From: Candidatus Eiseniibacteriota bacterium | GTDB taxonomy: Bacteria > Eisenbacteria > RBG-16-71-46 | NCBI GenBank assembly: GCA_044223005.1 | Contig: JBGAML010000003.1 | Location: 64,001 to 128,000 of the forward strand | Direction: 5' to 3' | DNA length: 64,000 nt | The notes under the pieces: generated by a model | The model's database searches: none | The model's input: only the letters and a program-made list of their open reading frames with translations | Told to the model about the DNA's origin: nothing | Shown: positions 1-8,749 of the stretch, piece by piece | How positions within the stretch are numbered: the stretch's first letter is position 1 | How the letters are laid out: each line of letters begins with the position of its first letter | Program-made: the position numbers and the translations under genes

Positions 1-219
1 GAGGGCATCGACTTCGAGTCGGCCGACGGCGAGCCGGCGACGCTGTTCGTGCTGCTGGTCGCGCCCGAGAGCGGCGGCGCCCTGCACGTGAAGGTGCTCG
101 CCAACATCTCGCGGCTCCTCAAGGAGGAGTCGGTGCGGCGCACGCTGCGCGAGTCCCCGAGCCCGGACGCGTTCTACGCCGCGCTCAAGGCCGCCGAGAG
201 CACCCACATCCCGCAGTAG
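1..219 (+). CDS. PTS EIIA component (PtsN/fructose-type), 3' partial
   Basis: Frame 1 reads EGIDFESADGEPATLFVLLVAPESGGALHVKVLANISRLLKEESVRRTL, stop TAG at 217-219; matches the EIIA GIDF-s-DG-P...H-k-La-isR pattern. Confidence 0.85.
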   Translation, partial: EGIDFESADGEPATLFVLLVAPESGGALHVKVLANISRLLKEESVRRTLRESPSPDAFYAALKAAESTHIPQ

Positions 220-279
220 GCGCAGGTTTCGCGGCCCGCCGGCCCACTCGCGCGGGGCGCGGGTCACGGCGGAGGCCCC

Positions 280-933
280 ATGCACCTCGTCGAGGCGTGG
301 ACGCGGCTCGCACCGTGGGAATGGGTGCGCCTGCTCGCGCTGCCCATCGCGATCCTCGTCGCCGCGCTGCTGCCCGGGCGCCGCGTCTCCCGCGGCGCCG
401 CGCTGGTGGCCGCGGTGGCGGTGACCGCGCTCGACGAGATGGGGGCGCCGCCGCTCGTGCGCGCGGGCTGGGTCGGGCTCTGGCTGCTGGTCGCGTGGCA
501 GGCGGGCACGCCCGATGCGACGGCGGTCGCCGGCGGCCGGCGGCGCGGTGCGCTCGAGGCCGGCATGGTCGCGCTGCCGCTCGGCCTCGCGCTGCTCGCG
601 CTCATGCTCGCCGCGCTCACGCGCCAGGGGTTTGCGCCCGCGGACGCGCGCCGCGCGGCGCTCGGCGCGCTCGTGATCGGCGCGGGCGTGCTGCACCTCA
701 TGCTGCGGCGCCACGCCCGGCGCGCGCTGGTGGCCTTCGCCTCGCTCGGGCTGGGACTCGAGTTGCTCGGCGCTTCGGCGCGGGCCGCCGACGTGCTGCA
801 CGTCGGGCCGCCGGCCGGCAGCGCGCTCGCGGGGGCACTCGTCGTGATCGCGCTCACCACGCGCATCGTCGCCGCGCGCGAGCAGCACGCCGGCTCGCCG
901 CTCGTCACCGACGCGCACGAGCTGCACGATTGA
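280..933 (+). CDS. HyfE/NuoK-like membrane protein, divergent
   Basis: GGAGG RBS; 217 aa hydrophobic; C-terminal half (LMLRRH...GSPLVTDAHELHD) resembles HyfE/NuoK in pattern and size. Confidence 0.6.
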   Translation: MHLVEAWTRLAPWEWVRLLALPIAILVAALLPGRRVSRGAALVAAVAVTALDEMGAPPLVRAGWVGLWLLVAWQAGTPDATAVAGGRRRGALEAGMVALPLGLALLALMLAALTRQGFAPADARRAALGALVIGAGVLHLMLRRHARRALVAFASLGLGLELLGASARAADVLHVGPPAGSALAGALVVIALTTRIVAAREQHAGSPLVTDAHELHD

Positions 934-940
934 GGCGCGC

Positions 941-2353
941 ATGAACCGCACTCCGCCCCGCACGACGGACGTCCTTCCCGGCGCGATCGCGCTCGCCCTC
1001 GCGCTCGTGCTGCTCGCGGCGCCCGGCCTGCTGCGCGCCGCGCTCGGGGCCGAGCTCGTGGCGGCCGCATTCTGGCTGTGGTCGCGGCTCGGCGACGACC
1101 GGCGCGAACAGCTCGCGCGCTGGGGCTGGCTGCGGCGGCCCGCGACCGCGCTGTGGCTGGCCGCGGCGCTCTCGCTCGCGCTGCCCGTGCCGCGGTTCCG
1201 CTCGTTCGAGGTGCCGCCGGACGCGACCGTGGTGGGCCCGCAGCTCGCGCCCTCGCCCGTGGCCGAAGCGCGCGATCCGCTGGCGCCACTGCGCGCCGCG
1301 CAGGCGCTCGCCGTGCTGTGGGCGGGCCTCGAACTGCTCGCGGCGCTGCCGCTGTCGCGCCCGTACCCGGACCTCACCGGGCCGCTGCCCAACGCCGGCG
1401 CGTGGCTGCCGGCGGCACTGCCGGCCGCGGGCTTCCTCGTGCTCTGGCGGCAGGCCGACGTGTGGACGAGCGCGCCCTGGCTGCGCGAGGTCGCCGAGGT
1501 CGCGCTGCTGCTGGCCGCCGCGCTCGCGGTGCTGCGCGCGTACACGCGGCGCAGCTGGACCGCGTCGCTGCGCTGGCTCGCCGTGTTCGACTCGGCGATC
1601 GCCGGGCTCGTCGTGGCGACCGACGCGGTGCCGCGCGAGGTCGCGTTCCTGCTCTGGTTCGCGGCCGCGGGCGGACGGCTGCTCGCGCTCGCGGCCGAAA
1701 TCCGCGGCGCCGCCGGTAGGCGCGGACCGCGGCTCGCGTCGCTCTGGCGTGCCGCCGGCTGGACGGCCGGCGCGGCGCTCGCGTGGCCGCTCCTCGCGCG
1801 CGTCGGTTTCGCGGACGGCCGCACGTACCCGATCCCGTTCGTGCTCGTGGGCGCACCCGTCTACCTCGCCGCGAGCCTGTCGCTGCGGCGGCTCGTCGAG
1901 GTGCCCGAGCGCCGCGCGCTCGCGCGGCCCGATCCCGCGCGCGTCGCCAGCGTCGGGGCCGCGATCGTCACGCTCGCGCTCGGACCCGTCGCGCTCGTGC
2001 TCGCGTGGTGGATCGGCTGGGAGATCTCGTTCCCGTCGGGGCTCGTGGCCCTCATGCCCATGCTGCTCGCGCTCGTCCCGCGCCGGCCGGCGCCGGCCGA
2101 TGCGGACGCTTCCGCCCACGCACCCGCCGTCGTCCGCGCGTCGATCGCGGCCGGCGCCACCGCGCGCGACTTCGCGCTGCGCGTCTTCCGTTCCGTGACC
2201 GCCGCCGAGCGCGGCGTCGCCGCCGTGGTGGGCGGCCTGCTGCGCGTGCTCGGCGCGCCGCTGCGTGACCTGCACACGGGCGACGCGCAGGAGTACCTCC
2301 TCTTCCTGGTCGGCGTGGCCGTGCTCGCGCTGCTGCTGCCCCTGCTCCGATGA
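941..2353 (+). CDS. NuoL/MrpA/HyfB-like antiporter-fold membrane protein, degenerate
   Basis: LAALPLSRPYPDLTGPLP resembles AQLPLxxWLxDAMxGPTP; C-terminus LRDLHTGDAQEYLLFLVGV resembles the NuoL terminal helix; ATGA overlap with next gene. Confidence 0.6.
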   Translation: MNRTPPRTTDVLPGAIALALALVLLAAPGLLRAALGAELVAAAFWLWSRLGDDRREQLARWGWLRRPATALWLAAALSLALPVPRFRSFEVPPDATVVGPQLAPSPVAEARDPLAPLRAAQALAVLWAGLELLAALPLSRPYPDLTGPLPNAGAWLPAALPAAGFLVLWRQADVWTSAPWLREVAEVALLLAAALAVLRAYTRRSWTASLRWLAVFDSAIAGLVVATDAVPREVAFLLWFAAAGGRLLALAAEIRGAAGRRGPRLASLWRAAGWTAGAALAWPLLARVGFADGRTYPIPFVLVGAPVYLAASLSLRRLVEVPERRALARPDPARVASVGAAIVTLALGPVALVLAWWIGWEISFPSGLVALMPMLLALVPRRPAPADADASAHAPAVVRASIAAGATARDFALRVFRSVTAAERGVAAVVGGLLRVLGAPLRDLHTGDAQEYLLFLVGVAVLALLLPLLR

Positions 2354-3543
2354 TCCCCGTCGCCACGCCACTGCTCGCGTTCGTCGCGCTCGCCGGTGCG
2401 CTCATGCTGCGCTCGACGCTCGTGCGGCGCCCGGATGCCGCGGGCGTCGCCACCGCGCTGCTCGACCTGCTCGCGCTCATTCCCTTCGCGTGGCTCGTCG
2501 CGACGCCCGGTGCGATCACGCTGCCGCGCGCCGGGCTCGCCGCGGCGCTCGCGGCCGCCGTGCTGGCGCGCGACCGCGGCGATCTCGCGCAGGGGGAATG
2601 CGCGCTCAAGCTGACCTGGACGTTCGCGGTCGCGCTCGCGCTGACGTGGGCCGGCGAGTCGCTGCTCGCGATCGCCGCGGGCAGCGCGGTGCCGCGCGAA
2701 CAGTGGCCCGCGCTCGCGCTCGAACTGGACCCGTACGCGCTCTGGACCTCGGCGCTCACGCTGACGCTGCTCGCGGGCGTCGTGCTGCTGGGCGGCGCGC
2801 CGTTCCATTTCTGGGTCGCGGACCTGCTGCAGGGCGCGCGCGCGTGGCTCGCCCCGCTGCTCGTCGCCGCGCTGCAGGTGGCGGGCGCCGCGCTGCTCGC
2901 GCACCGGCTCGAGGGCATCGGTGCGTTCGCGCCCGGCGCCATGCTCGTGCGCGGCACGCTCGCGCTCGCGGCGGGGCTGGCGCTGCTGGGCGGTGCGGCG
3001 ACGCTGGCGGGGCAGCGGCGGCCCGAGCGCCGCGTGGGCACGCTCGCGAGCCTGCAGGGCGCGCTCGTGCTCGCGTCGCTGGCCGCCGATCCCGAACGCG
3101 GCGTGCTCGTCCAGTCGAGCACCGCGCTCTCGCTCTGGGCCGCGCATCTCGCGCTCGCGCTCACCGGCGCCGGCGCGCTCGCGCGCTTCATGCCGGTCGA
3201 CCCTACGCCCGACGCGCCCGCGGCGGCGCTCTTCCGGCGCCACCCGTGGTCGGCGGCGGTCGGCGCCTACGCGCTGCTGTCGCTCGCCGGCGTGCCCGGC
3301 ACGCCCGGTGCACGGCTGTGGCTCGCGGTCGCGCGCATGCTCGCCGCGACGCGACATCCCGTGCTGCTCGCGGCGCTCGCGCTCGCCTGGCTCGTCGCGT
3401 TCGCCGTCACCGCCGACGCCGTGCGGCGCTCGTTCGGTTCGCCGTCCGCCGAGCCACCGGCGGCGCGGCCGGTCCCGTGGATCGCTCGCGCGGCGCTGTG
3501 GACCGCGACCGTGGGACTCGCGCTGCTGTTCGTGCCGCGCTGA
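2350..3543 (+). CDS. NuoN/MrpD-like antiporter-fold membrane protein, degenerate
   Basis: Motifs ECALK, APFHFWVADLLQGA and LFRRHP...LLSLAGVPGTPG are typical of NuoN. Confidence 0.75.
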   Translation: MIPVATPLLAFVALAGALMLRSTLVRRPDAAGVATALLDLLALIPFAWLVATPGAITLPRAGLAAALAAAVLARDRGDLAQGECALKLTWTFAVALALTWAGESLLAIAAGSAVPREQWPALALELDPYALWTSALTLTLLAGVVLLGGAPFHFWVADLLQGARAWLAPLLVAALQVAGAALLAHRLEGIGAFAPGAMLVRGTLALAAGLALLGGAATLAGQRRPERRVGTLASLQGALVLASLAADPERGVLVQSSTALSLWAAHLALALTGAGALARFMPVDPTPDAPAAALFRRHPWSAAVGAYALLSLAGVPGTPGARLWLAVARMLAATRHPVLLAALALAWLVAFAVTADAVRRSFGSPSAEPPAARPVPWIARAALWTATVGLALLFVPR

Positions 3544-3544
3544 C

Positions 3545-4081
3545 TCAGCCGGCGGCCAGCGCCCGGCGCACGCCCTCGAGGTGATGGCGGTCGTGCGCGT
3601 GGCAGAAGAACAGCATCTCGCGCGCCGTGAGCGGGCCCATCACCGGGTGCGGGATCGCGCGCGCGTCCCACTCCGCCTCGCTCCACGTCGCGGCCGCCTC
3701 GCGCATGCGCCGGTCCGCATCGACGAACCCCGCGACCGCGGCGTCGCGGCCGGCGGCCGGATCGACCGACGGCGTCATCGGGTTGTTGGCGAGGAACGCC
3801 GGCGGCGCCGTCGCGAGCGCGGCGAGGTACGCCTCACGCACGGCGTCGTACGGTCGCGACGCGCCGGTCGGGTGCGCGGGCATCGCGGCGCCGACGCGGA
3901 ACGCCTTGCCGATCCGGGCGTGCGCGATCTGCAGGTGGCCGAGGTGATGCGCGGGGCCCCAGTGGGCCGCGTCGCCGGAGAAGAAGCGCGTGTCGGGAAT
4001 CGCGGCGAAGAACGCCGCGAGTTCGTCCGCCATCGCCGCGAGCGCGGCGAGCGTGTCGGGCTGCGAATGGGGAAGGGCCAT
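3545..4081 (-). CDS. DinB family protein
   Basis: WGPAHHLGHL...HPVMGPLTAREMLFFCHAHDRHH, the DinB_2 His pattern. Confidence 0.85.
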   Translation of the reverse strand: MALPHSQPDTLAALAAMADELAAFFAAIPDTRFFSGDAAHWGPAHHLGHLQIAHARIGKAFRVGAAMPAHPTGASRPYDAVREAYLAALATAPPAFLANNPMTPSVDPAAGRDAAVAGFVDADRRMREAAATWSEAEWDARAIPHPVMGPLTAREMLFFCHAHDRHHLEGVRRALAAG

Positions 4082-4175
4082 GGGCGCGCAGGCTAGCCGA
4101 TCTCGAGCCGCCCGCGCAGCGGAGAAAACACCGCCGGCCCGCGCGGGTGCGCGGGCCGGCGGTCGCTCGGAGGCG

Positions 4176-4781
4176 CTACTTCGCGCGCGTGTAGTCGATG
4201 CGCAGCGGGCGATAGTTGGAGCCGTCGGGCGCCTTCGTGTTCATCTCGAAACCGCACGTGTCGCCCGCGGGCAGTTCGAGCACGACGCGCATCGGTACCG
4301 CCGAGAGCCCCGCCATCGGGATGTCCATGGGCACGTCGAACGTGATCACGCGCCCGCTCGAGTCCGGGACGCCGTAGCCGAACAGCGGCTGCGAGTCCGC
4401 TTCCTGCACGAACAGCATCGTGTACTTCGCCTTCACGCGGTCGAAGCCGTAGATCGCGAGGCCCTTGATGCGCGTCTCGCCCATCACCAGTTCGGTCTCG
4501 CCCGAGATCCACATGCCGTTCAGGATCGCGCGGAACTCGGCCGTGCCGGGGATGTCGACCGGCTTCGCGCCCGGTGCGTGGGCGACGTGGTACACGCTGG
4601 TCCAGTGGCCCGCGAGCGTCGCGAGGCGGGCGTGCTCGGGGCCGGGTTTCGAATAGTCGACGGGTGCGTTCACGGCGGCGGTCTCCGGAGTGTGGGGTGG
4701 CGTCACCGGCTTCGCGGGTGCCGCCATGGCCGCCGCGGGAAGTGTGACCAGCAGGGTGAGCAGTGCGAACGTTCGGCGCAT
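4176..4781 (-). CDS. DUF1579-like exported protein
   Basis: Signal peptide MRRTFALLTLL...; PGPEHARLATLAGHW and G-a-yGFD motifs; start placed at ATG 4781. Confidence 0.75.
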   Translation of the reverse strand: MRRTFALLTLLVTLPAAAMAAPAKPVTPPHTPETAAVNAPVDYSKPGPEHARLATLAGHWTSVYHVAHAPGAKPVDIPGTAEFRAILNGMWISGETELVMGETRIKGLAIYGFDRVKAKYTMLFVQEADSQPLFGYGVPDSSGRVITFDVPMDIPMAGLSAVPMRVVLELPAGDTCGFEMNTKAPDGSNYRPLRIDYTRAK

Positions 4782-4797
4782 GAGGATCTCCCGGGGA

Positions 4798-5616
4798 TCA
4801 GGTGCGAGCGACGTCGGCGAACGCGCGCGCGAGCGCGTCGCGCCAGCGGGCCTCGATCGCACGCACCTCGGACTCCGCCGGCCCGTAGGCCGACAGCGTG
4901 AGCTTGACCATGCGTGCCCGGGGCGAGGGGTAGATCTCGGCCCAGAGGTGCGCATCATTCCAGTCGGCGATCGTGATGGCGAGATCCTTGGGCGGGTTCC
5001 AGACCTGGATCTCGCCGCGGAGCCGATCGCCGTCCGCGGTGACCAGGTCGATCCGGCCGCCCTCGCGGGCGTTCGCGAGCGAACCTTCCCGCGCGAACAG
5101 CGCGGGAGAGAAGACGCGCGACCACGCCTCCTCGACCGGCAGGTCCACCTTCACGTCGGCGTACGCGACGCGCCGGTCGGCGCCGCGATGGCGCGCGAAC
5201 GTCCACGCGAGCTGGCGCATGTAGACCGCCCAGCCGCGCGAGATCGAGTCGTACTCGCCGTCCCACGACGCGGCGGTGCCGAAGCCCGAGTTCACGACGC
5301 GCACGAGCGTCGAAGCGCCGCGCGACTCGAGCTCGAACTCCACCGCCAGTTCGACCGGCTGGCCGTCCTCTTCGCCGCGCGGCTCGACCCAGCGCATGCG
5401 CCGCCCCGGTTCGACGAGCGCGAGTGGGCCCGCGCCCTCCATGCCCGGGCCCCACGAGAGCCAGATCTCGCCGCCCGTGCGCGCGTCCACGCGCGCGTCG
5501 AACGGGAACCAGCGGCGCAGGCCCTCGCCGGTGGCGAACGCCTGCCACACTTCCTCGATCGGCGCGTCGATCGTCACCTCGACCCGCACCTCGCGGGTGC
5601 TGCGCTTGCCGCTCAT
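4798..5616 (-). CDS. Tandem SRPBCC (AHSA1-like) domain protein
   Basis: EVTIDAPIEEVWQAFATGEGLRRWF and a second repeat VKVDLPVEEAWSRV; start overlaps the stop of the upstream regulator. Confidence 0.85.
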   Translation of the reverse strand: MSGKRSTREVRVEVTIDAPIEEVWQAFATGEGLRRWFPFDARVDARTGGEIWLSWGPGMEGAGPLALVEPGRRMRWVEPRGEEDGQPVELAVEFELESRGASTLVRVVNSGFGTAASWDGEYDSISRGWAVYMRQLAWTFARHRGADRRVAYADVKVDLPVEEAWSRVFSPALFAREGSLANAREGGRIDLVTADGDRLRGEIQVWNPPKDLAITIADWNDAHLWAEIYPSPRARMVKLTLSAYGPAESEVRAIEARWRDALARAFADVART

Positions 5617-6233
5617 CGGGGCTCCTTCGCGGCGGCGCCGGTGGCGCGCCGGGGTCGGGGATAGGCGCCCGCGACGAGCCGGAACGTCCGGCCGCCGGGG
5701 GCCTCGGGGGCGTGGTACTTCGCGACGAGCTTCGAGATCGTGCGCGTGAGTTCTTCCGCGAACGCGTGGCGCGAGGCCGCGTCGCGGAAACGGACCTCGG
5801 ACTGGACCGACATCGTCGCGAGCTTCTGGCCCGCGGCGTCGGCCTGCCGGCGCAGGCCGGCGATCTCGCGCACGACCTGCGCCGCCAGCGCAGCGAGGTA
5901 CGCGGACGAGAAGTGGTCGGTGATCTCTTCCGGATCCGGCGCGTCCGGACCGAACACGGAGGGGTCGATCACGTAGCGCGTCGCCCGGGCGCGCAGGATG
6001 CGCTCGGTGCAATTGCCCTTGCGGCGCTCCTCGACGAGCTCGGCGAGCCCGGCGCGCTCCAGTTCGCGCAGGTGGTAGTTCACCTTCTGGCGGGGGAGCG
6101 AGAGCGTACGCGCCACAGCGGCTGCCGAGGCCCCCGACCCGAGCGCGTTCAGGATGCTCACGCGCATGGGCTTGAGCAGCCGTGCCGCAGCCTCGGGCCG
6201 GTCGACCAGTTGGATGTCACGGGCAGCGTGCAC
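5613..6233 (-). CDS. ArsR-like winged-helix transcriptional regulator
   Basis: GTG start after GGAGGAG; P-R--IL...SAAAVARTLSLPRQKVNYHLRELERAGLAELVEERRKGNCTER. Confidence 0.85.
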   Translation of the reverse strand: MHAARDIQLVDRPEAAARLLKPMRVSILNALGSGASAAAVARTLSLPRQKVNYHLRELERAGLAELVEERRKGNCTERILRARATRYVIDPSVFGPDAPDPEEITDHFSSAYLAALAAQVVREIAGLRRQADAAGQKLATMSVQSEVRFRDAASRHAFAEELTRTISKLVAKYHAPEAPGGRTFRLVAGAYPRPRRATGAAAKEPR

Positions 6234-6277
6234 GGGGCTCCTCCGTTGCCGGGGCGGGATCGCCGCCGACGTCCCGA

Positions 6278-6323
6278 AGCATGGCATCCGACAAGTACAT
6301 AGGTCAAGACAAATATTATTGTC
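6278..6323 (-). promoter_or_regulatory. sigma70-like promoter overlapped by two 16-bp GAC..GTC operators
   Basis: Minus strand TTGACC (6302-6307) N18 CATGCT with TG extension; GACAAGTACATAGGTC (6290-6305) and GACAAATATTATTGTC (6308-6323). Confidence 0.65.
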
Positions 6324-6541
6324 GGCGCTCCGGGCCCCGATTCGACGGCCTTTCCCCGCTCGGCACCCCGGCCCGACGGCAAACCTGCCGACGCAATTCG
6401 CGACGGGAATTGCGACCGGCCATGCCGGCCCCGCCCGGAAGCACGGTCGCGACAGGTCCTCGCGTGAATCTCTTGTGGGAGCCATTTCCGGTCGAGGCAC
6501 AATCGAGATTCGCGCTCCATCCCGCGTCCCTCGGAGACCCC

Positions 6542-8662
6542 ATGAGCCGTATCCTCCTGGCCGTCCTGCTGCTCGCGAGTGCCGTCACCCCGGGCGTCGC
6601 CCAGATCCAGAACTACGCGCTGCGCCTCAACGATCCGCTGCTCCGGAACCAGTACGTTTCGGTGACCAGCAAGGCCGGACTCCAGGGCAACAGCGCCTAC
6701 ACCCTCGAGGCGTGGGTCTACCCGACGTCGTACGCGAACTACCTCACGATCGTCGGGAACGACTTCCTGCGCAGCTTCTGGCTGGGGCTCCATACGGACG
6801 GGCACGTGCTCTTCATCCCGACCGGCCTCAATTCGGTCGAGGGCGCGACCCTGATCCCGCTCCAGAAGTGGACGCACGTCGCCGTCACGTACGACGCGGT
6901 CGCGGGCGCGAAGATCTACGTCAACGGTTCGCTCGACGGATCGTTTCCCGGCATCACCGGGCCGCCGGGGACGAGCACCCGCCCCCTGTGCATCGGCGCG
7001 GATTCGACCGACTTCGGCCCCGACTACTTCTGGCGCGGGGCGCTCGACCAGGTGCGCATCTGGAACGTCGCGCGCACGCCGGCGGAGATCCTGCAGACCC
7101 AGTTCGCCGACCCGGGCAACAGCCACTTCCACGCGCCCGGGTATGCCGCCCTGGTCGCGGAATGGAACGGCGGCACCACTGCGGCGACGCCGCCGCAGGC
7201 GTTCGAGATCCAGGACGCCTATCCCGGGACCTTCGTGGCCGGGTCCGGAGACACGATCGGCACGGCCGTTTTCGGTTCGCCTCGGGCGCTGGCCACCGCG
7301 ATCGAGATGGGAGGCGTGGACGACTACTGCGACCTCGGCTTCGCCGGCACCTATCCGCACGGGTATTCGATCTCCGCGTGGATCGCGCCCTACGATTTCA
7401 CCCACGAGATGACGATCGTGGGCCGCGACCGCGCGAGCAGCTTCTGGTTCGGGATCACGCCGTCGAAGCAGCTGCGGCTCTACCCGAGCGGGGGCGGCGT
7501 GCCGCTGGACACGGGCCCGGTCGTGACCGCGAACCAGTGGCAGCACGTCGAGGCGACCTACGACGGCATCACCGCGAGGATCTACCGCAACGGCACGCTG
7601 CTGCTCGCCAGCACGGCGGTCTCGGGCGCGGTCGGCGTGAATGGGAAGACCGCATGGGTCGGCGCCGACCACGCCTCGTCGACGCCGTCGCTCGCGTACC
7701 ACGGGCTGCTCGACCAGGTCCGCGTCCTGCGCGGAGCGGAGACGGCTCCCCAGATGCGCGAGAGCATGTACCAGGGGTTCGACTACGACCTCTTCGCGCT
7801 GATGGACCAGAGTGGCTTCTACCAGCTCCTCGACAACGCCCATTTCGGCGAACTCGATCACCACGACGTGTACGGCTCCTCGGCGCGCCTCGTCCCTTCA
7901 GGCGCGCCGTGCGTCGCGTCGACGGCTCCGCACGTCGAGTACGGCTCGGTGTCCGTGAACGGCGGACTCGGCAGCGTGCCCGAGGACACGAGTTTCACGT
8001 CGATCGGTACAGACCTGTTCGTGGCCAGCAGCGTCACGATCACCTCGATGACCGTGTTCGTCTGCGCCCCGCTCCAGGACCTCTCGACGACGACGGTCAC
8101 CCTGAAGTCCCCGGCGGCCACGACGATCTCGCTCCTCGCACCGGGAGCGACGCAGGGACGAAACCTGCGGACCGTGTTCACCGACGCCGCGACCGGCACG
8201 CTCGCGAACACGCCGGCACCGTTCGACGGAACGGTGAAGCCCTCCACGCCGCTCTCAGCGTTCAACGGCCAGAACGCGCACGGGACGTGGCGGCTCACGC
8301 TCACGGGGTCCGGCGTGCATCCCAAGGTCGGCCTGTCGGCCTGGGGCATCCGGTTCAACAACCTCGCCCTCGCCGCCGAGGGCCTCGCGACGCCGACGCA
8401 CGTCTCGCTCGCGAACCGCAGCGCGAACCCGTCGCGCGACGGCGGTACGCTGGAGTTCGCGCTGCCGCGGGACGGCGACGTGGACCTCTCGCTGTTCGAC
8501 GCCCAGGGGCGAAGGGTCGCAACGCTCTTCTCGGGCCGCAGCGACGCGGGCGTCACGCGGTTGCGCTGGAACGGCGCCTCGCTCGCTCCCGGGCTCTACC
8601 TCGCGCGGCTGCGCGTGGATGGTCACGCCGAAGCGACGGTGCGGCTCACGCTCATGCGGTGA
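6542..8662 (+). CDS. Secreted protein: 2x LamG-like jellyroll, P-domain-like module, FlgD/T9SS-A-like CTD
   Basis: Signal peptide; YTLEAWV...WTHVAVTYD...GALDQVRIWN twice; LSAFNGQNAHGTWRL; CTD FDAQGRRVATL...GLYLARL. Confidence 0.85.
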   Translation: MSRILLAVLLLASAVTPGVAQIQNYALRLNDPLLRNQYVSVTSKAGLQGNSAYTLEAWVYPTSYANYLTIVGNDFLRSFWLGLHTDGHVLFIPTGLNSVEGATLIPLQKWTHVAVTYDAVAGAKIYVNGSLDGSFPGITGPPGTSTRPLCIGADSTDFGPDYFWRGALDQVRIWNVARTPAEILQTQFADPGNSHFHAPGYAALVAEWNGGTTAATPPQAFEIQDAYPGTFVAGSGDTIGTAVFGSPRALATAIEMGGVDDYCDLGFAGTYPHGYSISAWIAPYDFTHEMTIVGRDRASSFWFGITPSKQLRLYPSGGGVPLDTGPVVTANQWQHVEATYDGITARIYRNGTLLLASTAVSGAVGVNGKTAWVGADHASSTPSLAYHGLLDQVRVLRGAETAPQMRESMYQGFDYDLFALMDQSGFYQLLDNAHFGELDHHDVYGSSARLVPSGAPCVASTAPHVEYGSVSVNGGLGSVPEDTSFTSIGTDLFVASSVTITSMTVFVCAPLQDLSTTTVTLKSPAATTISLLAPGATQGRNLRTVFTDAATGTLANTPAPFDGTVKPSTPLSAFNGQNAHGTWRLTLTGSGVHPKVGLSAWGIRFNNLALAAEGLATPTHVSLANRSANPSRDGGTLEFALPRDGDVDLSLFDAQGRRVATLFSGRSDAGVTRLRWNGASLAPGLYLARLRVDGHAEATVRLTLMR

Positions 8663-8749
8663 GCCCTCGCGGTGCGCGATAGGCCCGCCCGCGATGACGC
8701 GAGCGGGCCTTCGCCGTCCGTGGTGCGGCGAGATCGCGGTCGTACGCGT

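Noticed and set aside
6378..6400. GGCAAACC...GACGCAA resembling a c-di-GMP-I riboswitch
   Set aside because: Only 4 nt separate the two motifs, so the GNRA-capped P2 stem is missing, and no P3 or receptor is evident.
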